64,000 bases of DNA from a virus. Made by a program: the position numbers and the translations under genes. The stretch is from IMG/VR virus record IMGVR_UViG_3300005563_000035, positions 6,368-70,367 of that record; one strand, written 5' to 3'. This document shows positions 1 to 9,846 of this stretch, piece by piece; position 1 is the first letter of the stretch, and the number at the start of each line of letters is the position of its first letter. The notes below the pieces were generated by a model that saw nothing but the letters and a program-made list of their open reading frames with translations, did no database searches and was not told the origin of the DNA.

Positions 1-660
1 AGTCAGGAGATGCCCGAGGAGGAGATCGTTGATCGGGCCGTCGCCAACACCGGCCGTGTGTCGTACTCCAGCCTGCTGACCGGCAAGTTCGATGATGAGG
101 ACTGGAACCGCCTGGCTGAAGGCATCGACCAGCTTACCCGGCTGCCTCTTCACATAGACGATCAAGGCGGACTGACGCTTGGTGACATTCGCACCAAGGC
201 CCGCAGCGTCAAGGGGCTGAAGTTGCTGGTGATCGACTATCTGCAACTGTGCTATGGCAGCGGCGGCAGGCAGAGCAACCGCAACGAGGAGATTGGCGAG
301 ATCAGCCGCGGCATCAAGACGCTTGCGAAGGAGCTCGGATGCGCGGTGCTCTTGCTATCGCAGCTGAACAGAGACGTCGAGAGCCGGCCAGACAAAGAGC
401 CGCGCTTGTCTGACCTGCGGGAGTCGGGATCGATCGAGCAGGACGCCGACGCCGTCATCTTCCTGTGGCCGGTCAAGGATTACAGCGACTTCGGTCACAA
501 GCTGGTCGCGTGCGGAGTCGCGGCCAATCGCAGCGGTTCGACGGGGAAGTTCGGCATGGACTTCCAAGGTCGCTACCAACTCTGGAACGAGAGCTCAGAC
601 GAGCTCGCGCCGAACATCGCGCCGGCTGCTCGCGCGAAACGCCACTTTGAAGCCGATTGA
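1..660 (+). CDS. dnaB: Replicative DNA helicase DnaB-like, C-terminal part (5' truncated by window edge)
   Basis: Motifs SQEM, VIDYLQL, LLSQLNR, PRLSDLRESGSIEQDAD; frame is open from position 1. Confidence 0.93.
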   Translation, partial: SQEMPEEEIVDRAVANTGRVSYSSLLTGKFDDEDWNRLAEGIDQLTRLPLHIDDQGGLTLGDIRTKARSVKGLKLLVIDYLQLCYGSGGRQSNRNEEIGEISRGIKTLAKELGCAVLLLSQLNRDVESRPDKEPRLSDLRESGSIEQDADAVIFLWPVKDYSDFGHKLVACGVAANRSGSTGKFGMDFQGRYQLWNESSDELAPNIAPAARAKRHFEAD

Positions 661-950
661 CGGCTGACACTAGGAGAGAAGTGATGCGAAACACGAAGGA
701 CGGCATCGCGCGCTACGTCGGCGAGATCCGAGACTTTCAGGGCTGGATCTTCCGATGCGTGGAGTCCTATGCACCGAAGGACGGCCGACCGGCATGGAAG
801 GTCGATCCGCCATGTCCTCATCCGAACAAGCCGGGGCAGTTCGCGGTTGGCATCTACGACGCCGCGCTCGAGCCTCTGGCCAACCCCGGCGAGAACGATG
901 TCGACGTGCGCGACGTCAAGCTCGGTGAAGCGACACGGAGGTTTGCATGA
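657..950 (+). CDS. Hypothetical phage protein
   Basis: ORF overlapping the dnaB stop; tightly packed operon. Confidence 0.55.
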   Translation: MTADTRREVMRNTKDGIARYVGEIRDFQGWIFRCVESYAPKDGRPAWKVDPPCPHPNKPGQFAVGIYDAALEPLANPGENDVDVRDVKLGEATRRFA

Positions 951-1156
951 CCGCGTATGTTTGTGCCGCGCTCTGGTTCGCCGCGGGTGCTCTAGCGTTC
1001 GGACTGATCGTGAGAAGCAATGGGAAATTGACGGTTGGCGATCTGATCGCGGCCCCGGGAGTCACCTTTCTGGGCGGCCTCTCGCTTCTGGTATGGCTGG
1101 CGTTCTTCTGTCTCGATGGATTCGATGACATTGTCATCGTGAGGTGGCGCAAATGA
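947..1156 (+). CDS. Small membrane protein
   Basis: Two hydrophobic segments; ATGA overlap with upstream ORF. Confidence 0.55.
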   Translation: MTAYVCAALWFAAGALAFGLIVRSNGKLTVGDLIAAPGVTFLGGLSLLVWLAFFCLDGFDDIVIVRWRK

Positions 1157-1515
1157 GCCGCCAGCGCGACTACCAACCCACCATTGACCGCGCCCGCAAC
1201 CAAGCGGAGATTGCCCAGCGGCGTGAGGCCAAACTCCGCGAGAAGCGGGACGAGTGCCACCGCGAGATGTTGAGAGCGCAAGCCGCGGCGCGGATTGCTG
1301 GCGAGGAAGCGAATGCACTCCGCGACCGGATCATTGCCCTGGAGCAGAGTGTGCGAGACCTGCGTCGCGACAACGCTTCACTGAGATCACAGAGAGACGA
1401 CGTCACCATCATCGTCGCGAGTCTTCGCAAGACGATCGATGACGCCCAGCTGTCACCCTTGCAGAAGGCGCGCGACTGGTTCCGCGACATGCTGCGGATC
1501 GGGGTGGAAGCATGA
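1153..1515 (+). CDS. Coiled-coil hypothetical protein
   Basis: ATGA overlap at 1153; heptad-rich charged sequence. Confidence 0.6.
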   Translation: MSRQRDYQPTIDRARNQAEIAQRREAKLREKRDECHREMLRAQAAARIAGEEANALRDRIIALEQSVRDLRRDNASLRSQRDDVTIIVASLRKTIDDAQLSPLQKARDWFRDMLRIGVEA

Positions 1516-1628
1516 ATGCGAACGCGGCGAAAGCCGTCATTGCTGTCGCCGGACTCATTGCTGCCGTGGTGCTGATCATGACCGGCAGTCCATGGTGGGC
1601 GTTCTTCATTCTGATAAGCGTGCTCTGA
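1512..1628 (+). CDS. Small membrane peptide (38 aa)
   Basis: Read manually: MNANAAKAVIAVAGLIAAVVLIMTGSPWWAFFILISVL; coupled by overlaps at both ends. Confidence 0.5.
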   Translation: MNANAAKAVIAVAGLIAAVVLIMTGSPWWAFFILISVL

Positions 1629-2140
1629 TGCTCAAGCAGCGCACACCCATGAGGCGATCGGGATTCGCCTCGCAATGGAAGCCGCGCCCACCGGCCGAGG
1701 AACGTCCCGAGCGGCCGATCCTTCGGCTGGCGCGCGCCCCGAAGCCCAGCGAGCCCGTCTTCTCCCCGCAGCCGAAGGCGACCTACGTCCGCGACGAGGA
1801 CTACCGCCAGGCCGTCGCGTCGTTGCCCTGCGCTCGGTGCGGTGTCATCGGTTTCAGCAACGCCTGCCACTCGGATACCGGAGGCAGGGGAGCGGCGAAG
1901 GGTGGGCGCATCAAGAGTTGCGATTTGACGTGCTGGCCTGGGTGTGTGCCGCGGCCCGGCATCACTGGATGCCACCACGACATTGGAATGGGCGCAGTCA
2001 TGAGTCGCGAAGAGAAGAGGGCGTTCGAGGTCAAAGCCGCGGCCGACACCCGAGCGCACCTCATTGCAATGTCAGCCATGGACGCGCGACTCCGCGCCGT
2101 GCTGGTCCGCGTTGGAGTCATCAAAGGAGAAGACGAGTGA
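1628..2140 (+). CDS. Zn-finger/HNH-like nin-region protein (DUF968/DUF1364-like)
   Basis: YRQAVASLPCARCG...NACH...CDLTCWPGC...CHH pattern; TGATG coupling. Confidence 0.65.
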   Translation: MLKQRTPMRRSGFASQWKPRPPAEERPERPILRLARAPKPSEPVFSPQPKATYVRDEDYRQAVASLPCARCGVIGFSNACHSDTGGRGAAKGGRIKSCDLTCWPGCVPRPGITGCHHDIGMGAVMSREEKRAFEVKAAADTRAHLIAMSAMDARLRAVLVRVGVIKGEDE

Positions 2141-2346
2141 CAGCCATCAATGAACTGATGAAGTCCGTCGCGTGGGTCGAGGCCGACTCAAACACGCCGC
2201 CGCTCGGCGAGCGCTATGCAACGCACAGCGGCGTCCTGTCGTTCATGGGACATGACCTGCGCGTCTTCCGCCTCAACACCGGCGAGGCGATCATCCATGC
2301 CGAGGACTTCGAGGCGCTGTTCGGCCTTGACGGAGAAGACGAATGA
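2137..2346 (+). CDS. Hypothetical protein
   Basis: GTGA overlap with AGGAG RBS. Confidence 0.5.
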   Translation: MTAINELMKSVAWVEADSNTPPLGERYATHSGVLSFMGHDLRVFRLNTGEAIIHAEDFEALFGLDGEDE

Positions 2347-2726
2347 GCACTGACCGCGAACTCTCGGGCGATGCCGCGCGCCTCTACGAACTCATGTCCG
2401 ACATCAGCGAGGACTGCTGGTGTGCCGGTTGGATGAGCGGCAACGAATATTCCTTGTGGAAAATGGTGTCCAACCCAGTGGCCGAGAGGAACTACGGATT
2501 CGGCTACGTCGATGACGACCAGGTCGCCGAGATGAAGGCGCTCGCTGAACGCTGCGACGGCTGGGTGATCTGGTGGGATGACGACTGTGACCCGAACGCT
2601 CCCATTGAGGAATGGGGCGCACGTCTCATGCCCATGGCCGACTGGCTGAAGAGGTGGGGCGCGTTCACGGAGCGCGCATCCACTGCGCCCGGGAGGGCGT
2701 CCAAGCCTCAAATGCCGAAGCAATAA
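2343..2726 (+). CDS. Hypothetical protein
   Basis: ATGA-coupled ORF, Trp/Asp rich. Confidence 0.6.
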   Translation: MSTDRELSGDAARLYELMSDISEDCWCAGWMSGNEYSLWKMVSNPVAERNYGFGYVDDDQVAEMKALAERCDGWVIWWDDDCDPNAPIEEWGARLMPMADWLKRWGAFTERASTAPGRASKPQMPKQ

Positions 2727-3178
2727 TGGCTGATCCAATCGACGTCATCGTCAGCACACGAGAGGGCGCGCATCGCGTGGCTCGACTGGCCTACGAACGC
2801 GCGCAGATGCTGATCGCGGACGGCAAGGAAGTCCGCATCCGCGCCGAAGAGGCTGATGACGACAGAAGCCTGCGTCAGAACCGGTACATGTGGGGCGTGG
2901 TGCTGAAGGAGATCAGCGAGCAGGCGCGCATCAACGGACAGGGCTGGACGGCGGACGCTTGGCACCTGTATTTCAAGCGCGAATACCTTGGCTATGCCTT
3001 CGTTAGGGAGACCATCGCCGGCCGCAAGCGCAAGGTTGTCCGCAAAGAACTTCGCAGCACGACGCGCCTGTCCGTCAAGCGCATGAGCGAGTACCTCGAC
3101 AAAGTCATGGCCTTCGCAGTCACTGACCTGGGCGTGGTCTTCAGCGAGACGAAGTGGGAGAGGTATCGGGGCGAATGA
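2726..3178 (+). CDS. ninB: NinB/Orf-family recombination protein
   Basis: RSLRQNRYMW...WHLYFKREYLG...STTRLSVKRMSEYLDKV motifs. Confidence 0.8.
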   Translation: MADPIDVIVSTREGAHRVARLAYERAQMLIADGKEVRIRAEEADDDRSLRQNRYMWGVVLKEISEQARINGQGWTADAWHLYFKREYLGYAFVRETIAGRKRKVVRKELRSTTRLSVKRMSEYLDKVMAFAVTDLGVVFSETKWERYRGE

Positions 3179-3519
3179 TTGTCATCCCACTACGTACCGT
3201 CTCCGGCCTCAACGCCCGTGAGCATTGGAGGGCCCGAGCGCGGCGAGTGAAGGCTGAGCGGGATGCCACGGCATGGCTGTTAAGGCCAGTCACAAAGCCC
3301 CCCACGCCTTGCGTAGTGACTCTGACGCGGGTGGCGCCGTCAGGCGGCCTCGACGACGACAACCTTCCTGGAGCGCTCAAGGGCGTCCGCGACCAGATCT
3401 CTACATGGATCGGGATCGACGACCGCAAACGCGAGATTGTGCGGTATCGGTACGAGCAGCGCCGTGGGCGGTGGGCGGTGGAGGTGCAGTTCGCGCCGCT
3501 CTCGGAGTCGGGCGCATGA
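3175..3519 (+). CDS. RusA-like Holliday junction resolvase
   Basis: LDDDNL..ALK.VRD.I....GIDD catalytic pattern. Confidence 0.7.
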   Translation: MIVIPLRTVSGLNAREHWRARARRVKAERDATAWLLRPVTKPPTPCVVTLTRVAPSGGLDDDNLPGALKGVRDQISTWIGIDDRKREIVRYRYEQRRGRWAVEVQFAPLSESGA

Positions 3520-3611
3520 AGAACCTTCGCACTACCCCTTCACGAAACCGGGCAGGTACCGACACAATCCCGGATGTACGGTGCCCAGACCGGCACCACT
3601 GAGAGGTCAGC

Positions 3612-4496
3612 ATGAACCAGGAACCGACAACGCTGCGCGAGAGGTATACCGTCGCGATGTCCAGTAGCCACCTGGAGCTGACCCCGCACAAGCGAGGCGA
3701 CATCGACATCATCATGGCCGCCGGGATGGCTGGCTCAAGCACCGAACGGCCGACAATCGGTTCCCTCCTGTTCCGCCTCATGGCCGAATACGACGAGGTG
3801 CGTGGCCCCCGAGCCATTGCCCGCCGGAACTTCGAAACATCCGATACCCGCGAGCATGCCCGAGTGGTCGCCGCCGATGCCGTGACCCGCGAAGGCAATC
3901 GCCGCGAGCGCCTCGGCGAGAGCAAGATGACTCCCGAGGAACTCCAGGCTTGCATGGTTAAGGCCGCCGAGGCGATGCGCGACCAGATGGCCCACGATGC
4001 CCGGATGGCTCATGCCTTCGTGCTGATGAAGCTCAAGAGCCTGTCCTCAACCAAGCAAGCCTTCGGCGAGTGGGCAATGGTGCTGGCCGGCAAGCGCCGC
4101 TTCATGGACGTCGGCCCGATGCCGTTGGTCGACCCCGAGCAGTCTGGCCTCGTCGCAGCCTGGCGCAAGGGCAAGAAGGCTCAGCACACCGTCGTCATGG
4201 CCCTCGCCGGGCGCGTGCTCGACCTGCTGCTTGATCCCAACTGCTACCGCTGCGAAGGCCGCGGCTTCAATGGCGGCTACGACCACTCGCCACAGAAAAT
4301 CTGCAACGACATGCGCAAGGGCGGCTGCGGCGGCTCGGGCAAGCGCAACCCCCGCATCGGCAAGACCAAGGAAGAAGATGACTTCGCCGGCTACCTCATG
4401 ATGGAGGTAGACATCATGCTCGGACGGGTTACGCGCGAGATGAACCAGCGGCTGAAGGATGAGCCGCCCGCGCAGGCTGCAATGGTGTCGGCATGA
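3612..4496 (+). CDS. Putative late antitermination protein Q-like, with Zn finger
   Basis: CYRCEGRG...C...CGGSG Zn finger; sits after the nin region and before the late promoter/terminator. Confidence 0.6.
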   Translation: MNQEPTTLRERYTVAMSSSHLELTPHKRGDIDIIMAAGMAGSSTERPTIGSLLFRLMAEYDEVRGPRAIARRNFETSDTREHARVVAADAVTREGNRRERLGESKMTPEELQACMVKAAEAMRDQMAHDARMAHAFVLMKLKSLSSTKQAFGEWAMVLAGKRRFMDVGPMPLVDPEQSGLVAAWRKGKKAQHTVVMALAGRVLDLLLDPNCYRCEGRGFNGGYDHSPQKICNDMRKGGCGGSGKRNPRIGKTKEEDDFAGYLMMEVDIMLGRVTREMNQRLKDEPPAQAAMVSA

Positions 4497-4906
4497 CGGC
4501 GCACAAGGTGGCCGATCTGCTGGGGGCGGAGCTAGACTGCGCAGTTGCGAAAGCCATGGGCCTGCGCTGGTCGTTTGTGCCGACAGACCCGGAATTTGGC
4601 ATGCGTCGCGCCCTATGTGTCGCGGAGATCACGCCAAATCCCCACATCGATGGCTTCCCGGTCTTCTCGCCATCCACGCGATGGGAGCATGGCGGACCGA
4701 TCATCCAACGCGAGCGAATCGCGACGGCCTGGCTGGACAGCCGCTGGAACGCGTGGATGCCGGGCTGCTCCGACCAGGGGTATTACGGCGAATACGCGCT
4801 CGACGTGCATGCCTCTGACGCCAATGGCATGGGCGACACGCCGCTGATCGCCGCCATGCGCGCGTTCGTTGCCAGCAAGCTGGGCGAGACGGTGGAACTG
4901 CCATGA
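4493..4906 (+). CDS. NinX/DUF2591-family protein
   Basis: L.GAELD.AVAKA...FSPST.W..GGPII....I...GDTPLIAAMRAFV. Confidence 0.8.
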   Translation: MTAHKVADLLGAELDCAVAKAMGLRWSFVPTDPEFGMRRALCVAEITPNPHIDGFPVFSPSTRWEHGGPIIQRERIATAWLDSRWNAWMPGCSDQGYYGEYALDVHASDANGMGDTPLIAAMRAFVASKLGETVELP

Positions 4907-5145
4907 ATCTCTCGAACACCACAGGCACAAATGTCACGGCGGAAGACCTCTATACGCTACTCGCCGAGATGCGTGCAGCTATTGAAAGTGTCGGTGAGGC
5001 ACCGAAGCCGGAGATGCGCCTGCACCCGAGCGACGTCGCCGAACTGAAGCGCCGCCACGGGGTGTCGCGGTTGTCGGCCCCGATGATCGCCGCGATCCGA
5101 ATCATCGAAGACGCCGAGGTATTTCCACTTCCTCGCGCGCGATGA
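4903..5145 (+). CDS. Hypothetical protein
   Basis: ATGA-coupled ORF. Confidence 0.5.
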   Translation: MNLSNTTGTNVTAEDLYTLLAEMRAAIESVGEAPKPEMRLHPSDVAELKRRHGVSRLSAPMIAAIRIIEDAEVFPLPRAR

Positions 5146-5381
5146 CCGACGCCGACTGCGTCGACCTTCTCCGCGATGCGCTTGAGGTCGAGATGCTCCG
5201 CCTCCTGACGACAGTTGGCCCGATCCGGCACAACGATGAAGGCTTCTCCATCATTCGGGCGGCAGCCGAGGCGGCCTGGAGCGAGGTTCCCGAAGCCCAC
5301 AAGGCCGACCTGCGCCGCCGAGCCGATGAGTTTGTCGAGGCAATGAGCGAAGCACTTGCGCGCCGAATTTTATCGCTGTAG
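5142..5381 (+). CDS. Hypothetical protein
   Basis: ATGA-coupled ORF. Confidence 0.5.
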   Translation: MTDADCVDLLRDALEVEMLRLLTTVGPIRHNDEGFSIIRAAAEAAWSEVPEAHKADLRRRADEFVEAMSEALARRILSL

Positions 5382-5384
5382 AGT
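5356..5384 (+). promoter_or_regulatory. Candidate late promoter (pR'-like)
   Basis: TTGCGC-17 bp-TAGAGT, followed ~110 bp later by an intrinsic terminator, downstream of the Q-like gene. Confidence 0.5.
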
Positions 5385-5497
5385 GGCCGCACGTCCGGCT
5401 AGGTTGCGTCCCGCCGGATGAATCCAATCCCCGCGCCAGCGGGTAAGCCGGCAAGACCGGCAGCCTCGCAGAGGCGTAGCCATTCCCGATTCGCCCA

Positions 5498-5521
5498 GGC
5501 CTCCCATGCGGAGGCCTTTTG
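5498..5521 (+). terminator. Intrinsic terminator (tR'-like)
   Basis: AGGCCTCC-CATGC-GGAGGCCT followed by TTT. Confidence 0.7.
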
Positions 5522-5535
5522 CATTTGGAGCAGCC

Positions 5536-5787
5536 ATGTCGCGTCTCGTCTTCGCATGGATCATCATCGCTGCGTCCATGACCGGGTGCGCCACTGCGCC
5601 GACTCCTGCGCCCGCGCATGAAGAGTTGCCCGTCGAGCGTTCCATGCATCAGCAGGGCAGCCTGCAGATCAAGGCGCACCACTGCGACGGCGGCCAGGGC
5701 GTGGATGCGTTGCTCGTGCACATCGACGCGCCCGGCGATCTCATGATCCGCTGGGACAACCGCGGCGTCTGCGGCGATCCGGCGTGA
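5536..5787 (+). CDS. Putative lipoprotein
   Basis: Signal peptide with lipobox-like MTGC; GGAG RBS. Confidence 0.6.
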   Translation: MSRLVFAWIIIAASMTGCATAPTPAPAHEELPVERSMHQQGSLQIKAHHCDGGQGVDALLVHIDAPGDLMIRWDNRGVCGDPA

Positions 5788-5866
5788 GCCATGACCGCGC
5801 CCGCCGCCATCTTCCTGCTGATCGGTTTCATCGCCGGTTGCCTGCGTTACCGCTGAAAGTCCCCGC

Positions 5867-6160
5867 ATGACCGCTACCCTCTCGACCCCCGTTGCCACCG
5901 CCGTCTTCCCTGCTGGTACCGCCGACACCGAATGGACGTTTGTCCTGACCGGCTCGCTCGCGGACGGCTCGGCCTACTCGAACTCGTTCACGTCGGCGGC
6001 CCCGTCGATGCAAGCCGACATCCCCGAGGGTGCCACCGTCACGCTCGTGGTGACCAAGAACGGCGTGAGCTCGCTGGCTTCCGATCCGTTCACCGCCCCG
6101 GTGACGACCGTCACGCTGTCCGTCCCGGACGCCGCCCAAAAGGCGGTCATCAGCGCGTGA
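5867..6160 (+). CDS. Small beta-rich (Ig-like) putative virion protein
   Basis: Thr/Ser/Val-rich ORF with typical codon usage. Confidence 0.55.
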   Translation: MTATLSTPVATAVFPAGTADTEWTFVLTGSLADGSAYSNSFTSAAPSMQADIPEGATVTLVVTKNGVSSLASDPFTAPVTTVTLSVPDAAQKAVISA

Positions 6161-6462
6161 TCCTCCGCCGGCTCCTCGCACACCTCCCGCCCTGCGTCCT
6201 TCGACTGCTGGGGCTGGTGGCGCTTGAGGTGCCGGTGCGCCAGGCGCGCATCCGCGCCTGACCTTCTTCTCTATCCGCCGCCCCGCATCGCCCATTCCGA
6301 ACGTCAGTTCACGGGCACAGGGGCTAGCCAGCCGGCCTAGAGCCACATCCCCGGCAGCTCGCGACGTGGTGACAAGCACTCGCGGGACTCTTTCTCCCCG
6401 CGTGAATGGCGGCACGCCCTTCGGGCGCGGCGGCGGGCGCGGGCACTTCTCCAGGAATCATC

Positions 6463-6921
6463 ATGGCTGACAAAACCGTAGGCTTGGACGTACTGCCTGC
6501 GGGCGCTGGCGGCCTCCAGATCAAGTACCACGACAACGGCGACGGCACGTTCTCCGAGCAGGTCTATTCGACTGGCGCGGGTGGCGGCGGCAGTTCTTTG
6601 CCCGCAACAACGAACGTCTCGAGCGCGGCATACGAGAAGAGTCACGTCATCAAGGCGTCGGCGGGCCGTCTCTATTCTCTGACCGGCTACAACTCAGGAG
6701 TTTCGCAGTTCTACCAGATGCATGACTCTTCAACGTTGCCCGCCGACACGGCAGTCCCGGCATGCGTTGTCTGGGTCGCGGCTGGCACCAACTTCTCGTT
6801 TGATTATGGCGATGTTGGCCGTCCATTCACGAATGGCATCGTTATCTGCAACTCCAGCACCGGCCCCACCAAGACGATTGGTGCGACGGCTGACAGTTGG
6901 TTTGACGCCCAGATCGTCTAA
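6463..6921 (+). CDS. Putative virion-associated beta-sandwich protein
   Basis: AGGA RBS; VIKASAGRLYSLTGYN...F.NGIV pattern typical of phage decoration-like proteins. Confidence 0.6.
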   Translation: MADKTVGLDVLPAGAGGLQIKYHDNGDGTFSEQVYSTGAGGGGSSLPATTNVSSAAYEKSHVIKASAGRLYSLTGYNSGVSQFYQMHDSSTLPADTAVPACVVWVAAGTNFSFDYGDVGRPFTNGIVICNSSTGPTKTIGATADSWFDAQIV

Positions 6922-6932
6922 GGCAGACTGGC

Positions 6933-7757
6933 ATGGCATTCAACGTTTCCAGCCCGCGCGTTTCCCATAGCGCGATCTACCTCGCTGCCTCTAAGATCAT
7001 TGATGGCGTGACGACGGCTGGCGCCGGCCCGTTCACCCTGACTGTGCCTGCGGGCGTCTACACCATTCGCGCTAACGCGGTCGGCGGTGGTGGCGGTGGC
7101 GCTGGTGGCTTTGCTACGGCCGGCGGCGGTGGTGGCGGCGGTGGCGCGGGATTCTGCTCACGCAATGAATACCTTCAGGTCAATCCCGGCGACGTTCTGA
7201 CCATCACGGTTGGCGCGGCGGGTACTTTCGGTGCGATCGGATCCGGTGGCGGCAATGGCGGCGATACGTCGATTGCCTCGTCGGCGGGATGGACGCGTAC
7301 CTATCCTCAAGGTAAGGGCGGATCCGCTGGCGCCTCGACCAATGGGGGCTCTGGCGGTGCAGCGGCAGCGCTGCTAGTCGCTGGCGGTACCGGCGGCTCT
7401 GGCGCTGGTGGCGCTGGGGCGGTGGTGAACAACGGATATGCCATTCGCGGAGGCGGGGCCGGAGCCGGCTCTGGCGGCGCTGGTGGTGCCGTGAACTTCG
7501 CGGGTGGGCAATCGACCTACCTGGGCGGATTCACGGTGCAGAACGGCGCCGGTGGCACGCTCAATGCCTCCAATGGAGGCGGCGGCGCTGGTGGCTGCAC
7601 ATGCTTCGGCGTGGGCCTTGGTGGTTCCGGCGGCAGCAACGCCGCAGGCGCGTCTGCTGCCTCAACTTCTTATGGTTGTGGTGGCGGGGGCGGTGCCGGC
7701 AATCAAGCTGGCGCGGCGGGTATCGCCGGATGCGTCGAGATGTTTTGGGACGCTTGA
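6933..7757 (+). CDS. Glycine-rich domain protein (fibre-associated)
   Basis: TVPAGV...VGGGGGG...GGGGGAG...V.PGDVLTITVGAAG pattern of the phage Gly-rich domain. Confidence 0.8.
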   Translation: MAFNVSSPRVSHSAIYLAASKIIDGVTTAGAGPFTLTVPAGVYTIRANAVGGGGGGAGGFATAGGGGGGGGAGFCSRNEYLQVNPGDVLTITVGAAGTFGAIGSGGGNGGDTSIASSAGWTRTYPQGKGGSAGASTNGGSGGAAAALLVAGGTGGSGAGGAGAVVNNGYAIRGGGAGAGSGGAGGAVNFAGGQSTYLGGFTVQNGAGGTLNASNGGGGAGGCTCFGVGLGGSGGSNAAGASAASTSYGCGGGGGAGNQAGAAGIAGCVEMFWDA

Positions 7758-7776
7758 TTTCGGGTGAGTTGCTGAC

Positions 7777-9846
7777 ATGATGCCGATCACCATCACGGCA
7801 GCAGCGATCAAGCTGTTCGGCAATTGCTCGCCGCTGCAAAGCGTGCAGCCGGTGATTCTGGCCAACCCAGTCATCGGCCAGCCGCTGAACTACACGATCC
7901 CCGGCTACACCGGGCCGATCACGAGCCAGCAGTGGTACTGGAACACCGGCTCCGGACCGATCCTGATCCCCGGCGCCACGGGCTCGACCTACACGCCGAG
8001 CTTGACCAGCGCGCGCAGCGGCGCCAGCGACGTCGGCGGCTACCCGAGTGTCTCGGTGGTCACGCCGTTCGGAACCTTCCGCAGCCAAGAGTTTTCGGCC
8101 ACCGGGCAAGTCATCTCGCAGACCGGCGTCCTGACGAAGTCCTCGCCGACATCCGGCACGAACTTCATCGCGACCGAAGCCACGACGATCACGATCCTGA
8201 CCGTGAGCGTGGTGCGGCTGATCTGCCCGCTCGGCCCGAACCCGACCTTCTACATCGAGACGACGGTCGCCCCGGGCACCTACACGGGTGGAACGAGCAA
8301 CTTCGGCGACCCGACGCTGCTGGGTGGCACGCAGTTCAGCAGCAACGTCTACTCGTACCACTCGCTCGCGCCTGCTGCCTGTATCGACCAGGTCGCCGCC
8401 AAGCCCGCCACGGCCACGCGGCCGGCGGCGAGCACGGGCGTCGGCTTCTTCACCAAGAACGGCGCGATCTACGACGCCAACGGCAACCGTTTCGACGGCC
8501 GTGGCCTGAACCGCCTCCACTGGGACTGCAACCGTCCTGGAAACGACACGGGCCTGTTCAACGCGAAGGCGAACACCCATCGCCTGTTCATCGACACGTC
8601 CCAGAACTGGGCGTCGGTGAACAAGCCGCTGATCGACGCGATGATCTCCAACAGCGTCGTGCCGCAGCTGGTCATCCCCTACGTCCGCGCGAACTTCGAA
8701 GCGACGTTCTCGGGCACGACGATGACCGTCACGACGATGAACTCGGGCGTGATCGGCTGCGCGCCGTCGTACAGCTCGGGCGCTGGCGGCGGCTTCATCT
8801 CGACCGGCGTGTCTTCGACCACGGTCATCAAGGCGCAGCTCACCAACACGAACCCGAGCGGCATCCCGGGCAAGGAGGGCACGTACACCACGAGCACCTC
8901 CAACAGCATCGCCTCGCCGCAGAATGTCGTCTACAGCAACGGGACGACAGGCCAGAAGAACCCTGACTTCGCCGTCGCTGCGGCTCAGGTCTGGGTCGAC
9001 AACTACGCGAACTTCGGCCCCTACGAGCGGTGGATGCTGCTCAACATCATTAACGAGTGGGGCGCCTCAGCTGGTACCTACACCGCGTCGATCTCCGGGA
9101 CGACGATGACCGTGCCGTCGAGTTCGGCCAGCGTCTACGTCGGCCAGAAGATCAACGGTTCGGGTGTGACGCCATGCACCGTCACTGCGTTCCTGACGGG
9201 AACCGGTTCGAACGGCACTTACACCGTGGACGTTAGCCAGACCGCGGCCAGCACCACGATGACCGATGTCACTTGGCGCGATACCTGCATCACCATGGTG
9301 CAGATGCTGCGCACCGCTGGCTACCTCGGAACCATCGTGCTGGACGCGCCGGGCAGCGGCCAGGACGCTCCAGCCGCCGGTCGCGCGTGGACGATCCTGA
9401 ACCACGCCGCTGCGATCAAGGCGGCGGATCCGCAGCAGAACATCGCCATCGAGCTCCACGCCTACGGTACGTATTCGGCCGGCGCGCTGGCGCCTGTGGC
9501 TCAGGCGATGGCTTCGGCGGCTGTCTCGCTCGGCATCCCATACGGCATCGGTGAGTTTGGCCCGGCCAACGAGAACGTCGCCTCCGGTTCGATCACGACC
9601 GCACAAACGCTCGAGACCATCTCGGTGGCTGCTGCCTGCGGCCTGAGCTGGAAGTACTGGGCCTGGGACGACCCGGTCAATGCTTCGAGCACGACCTCGG
9701 TTTACTACGCCGCCTGCCTCCAGGCGAACAGCAACTTCTTCTCGACGTCGAACCCCGCGCAACTCACGACCGCCGGCCAGCAGCTGGTGCTCGATAGCAC
9801 CTACGGACTGGTCAACGTCGCCGTACCTGCGACCGTCTTCCCGTAA
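7777..9846 (+). CDS. GH5-family glycoside hydrolase (mannanase/cellulase-like) with N-terminal Ig-like region and inserted modules
   Basis: GFFTKNGAIYDANGNRF..RGLN, NIINEW (acid/base), ELHAY, IGEFG (nucleophile), YWAW. Confidence 0.8.
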   Translation: MMPITITAAAIKLFGNCSPLQSVQPVILANPVIGQPLNYTIPGYTGPITSQQWYWNTGSGPILIPGATGSTYTPSLTSARSGASDVGGYPSVSVVTPFGTFRSQEFSATGQVISQTGVLTKSSPTSGTNFIATEATTITILTVSVVRLICPLGPNPTFYIETTVAPGTYTGGTSNFGDPTLLGGTQFSSNVYSYHSLAPAACIDQVAAKPATATRPAASTGVGFFTKNGAIYDANGNRFDGRGLNRLHWDCNRPGNDTGLFNAKANTHRLFIDTSQNWASVNKPLIDAMISNSVVPQLVIPYVRANFEATFSGTTMTVTTMNSGVIGCAPSYSSGAGGGFISTGVSSTTVIKAQLTNTNPSGIPGKEGTYTTSTSNSIASPQNVVYSNGTTGQKNPDFAVAAAQVWVDNYANFGPYERWMLLNIINEWGASAGTYTASISGTTMTVPSSSASVYVGQKINGSGVTPCTVTAFLTGTGSNGTYTVDVSQTAASTTMTDVTWRDTCITMVQMLRTAGYLGTIVLDAPGSGQDAPAAGRAWTILNHAAAIKAADPQQNIAIELHAYGTYSAGALAPVAQAMASAAVSLGIPYGIGEFGPANENVASGSITTAQTLETISVAAACGLSWKYWAWDDPVNASSTTSVYYAACLQANSNFFSTSNPAQLTTAGQQLVLDSTYGLVNVAVPATVFP

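Noticed and set aside
6262-6460. Possible structured RNA upstream of the 6463 gene
   Set aside because: Some GC-rich hairpins, but no recognisable family or clear boundaries; not supportable without covariation analysis
7080-7720. GGCGGT-type repeats as a tandem repeat or CRISPR array
   Set aside because: They are Gly codon runs within a coding sequence; no repeat-spacer structure seen anywhere in the window
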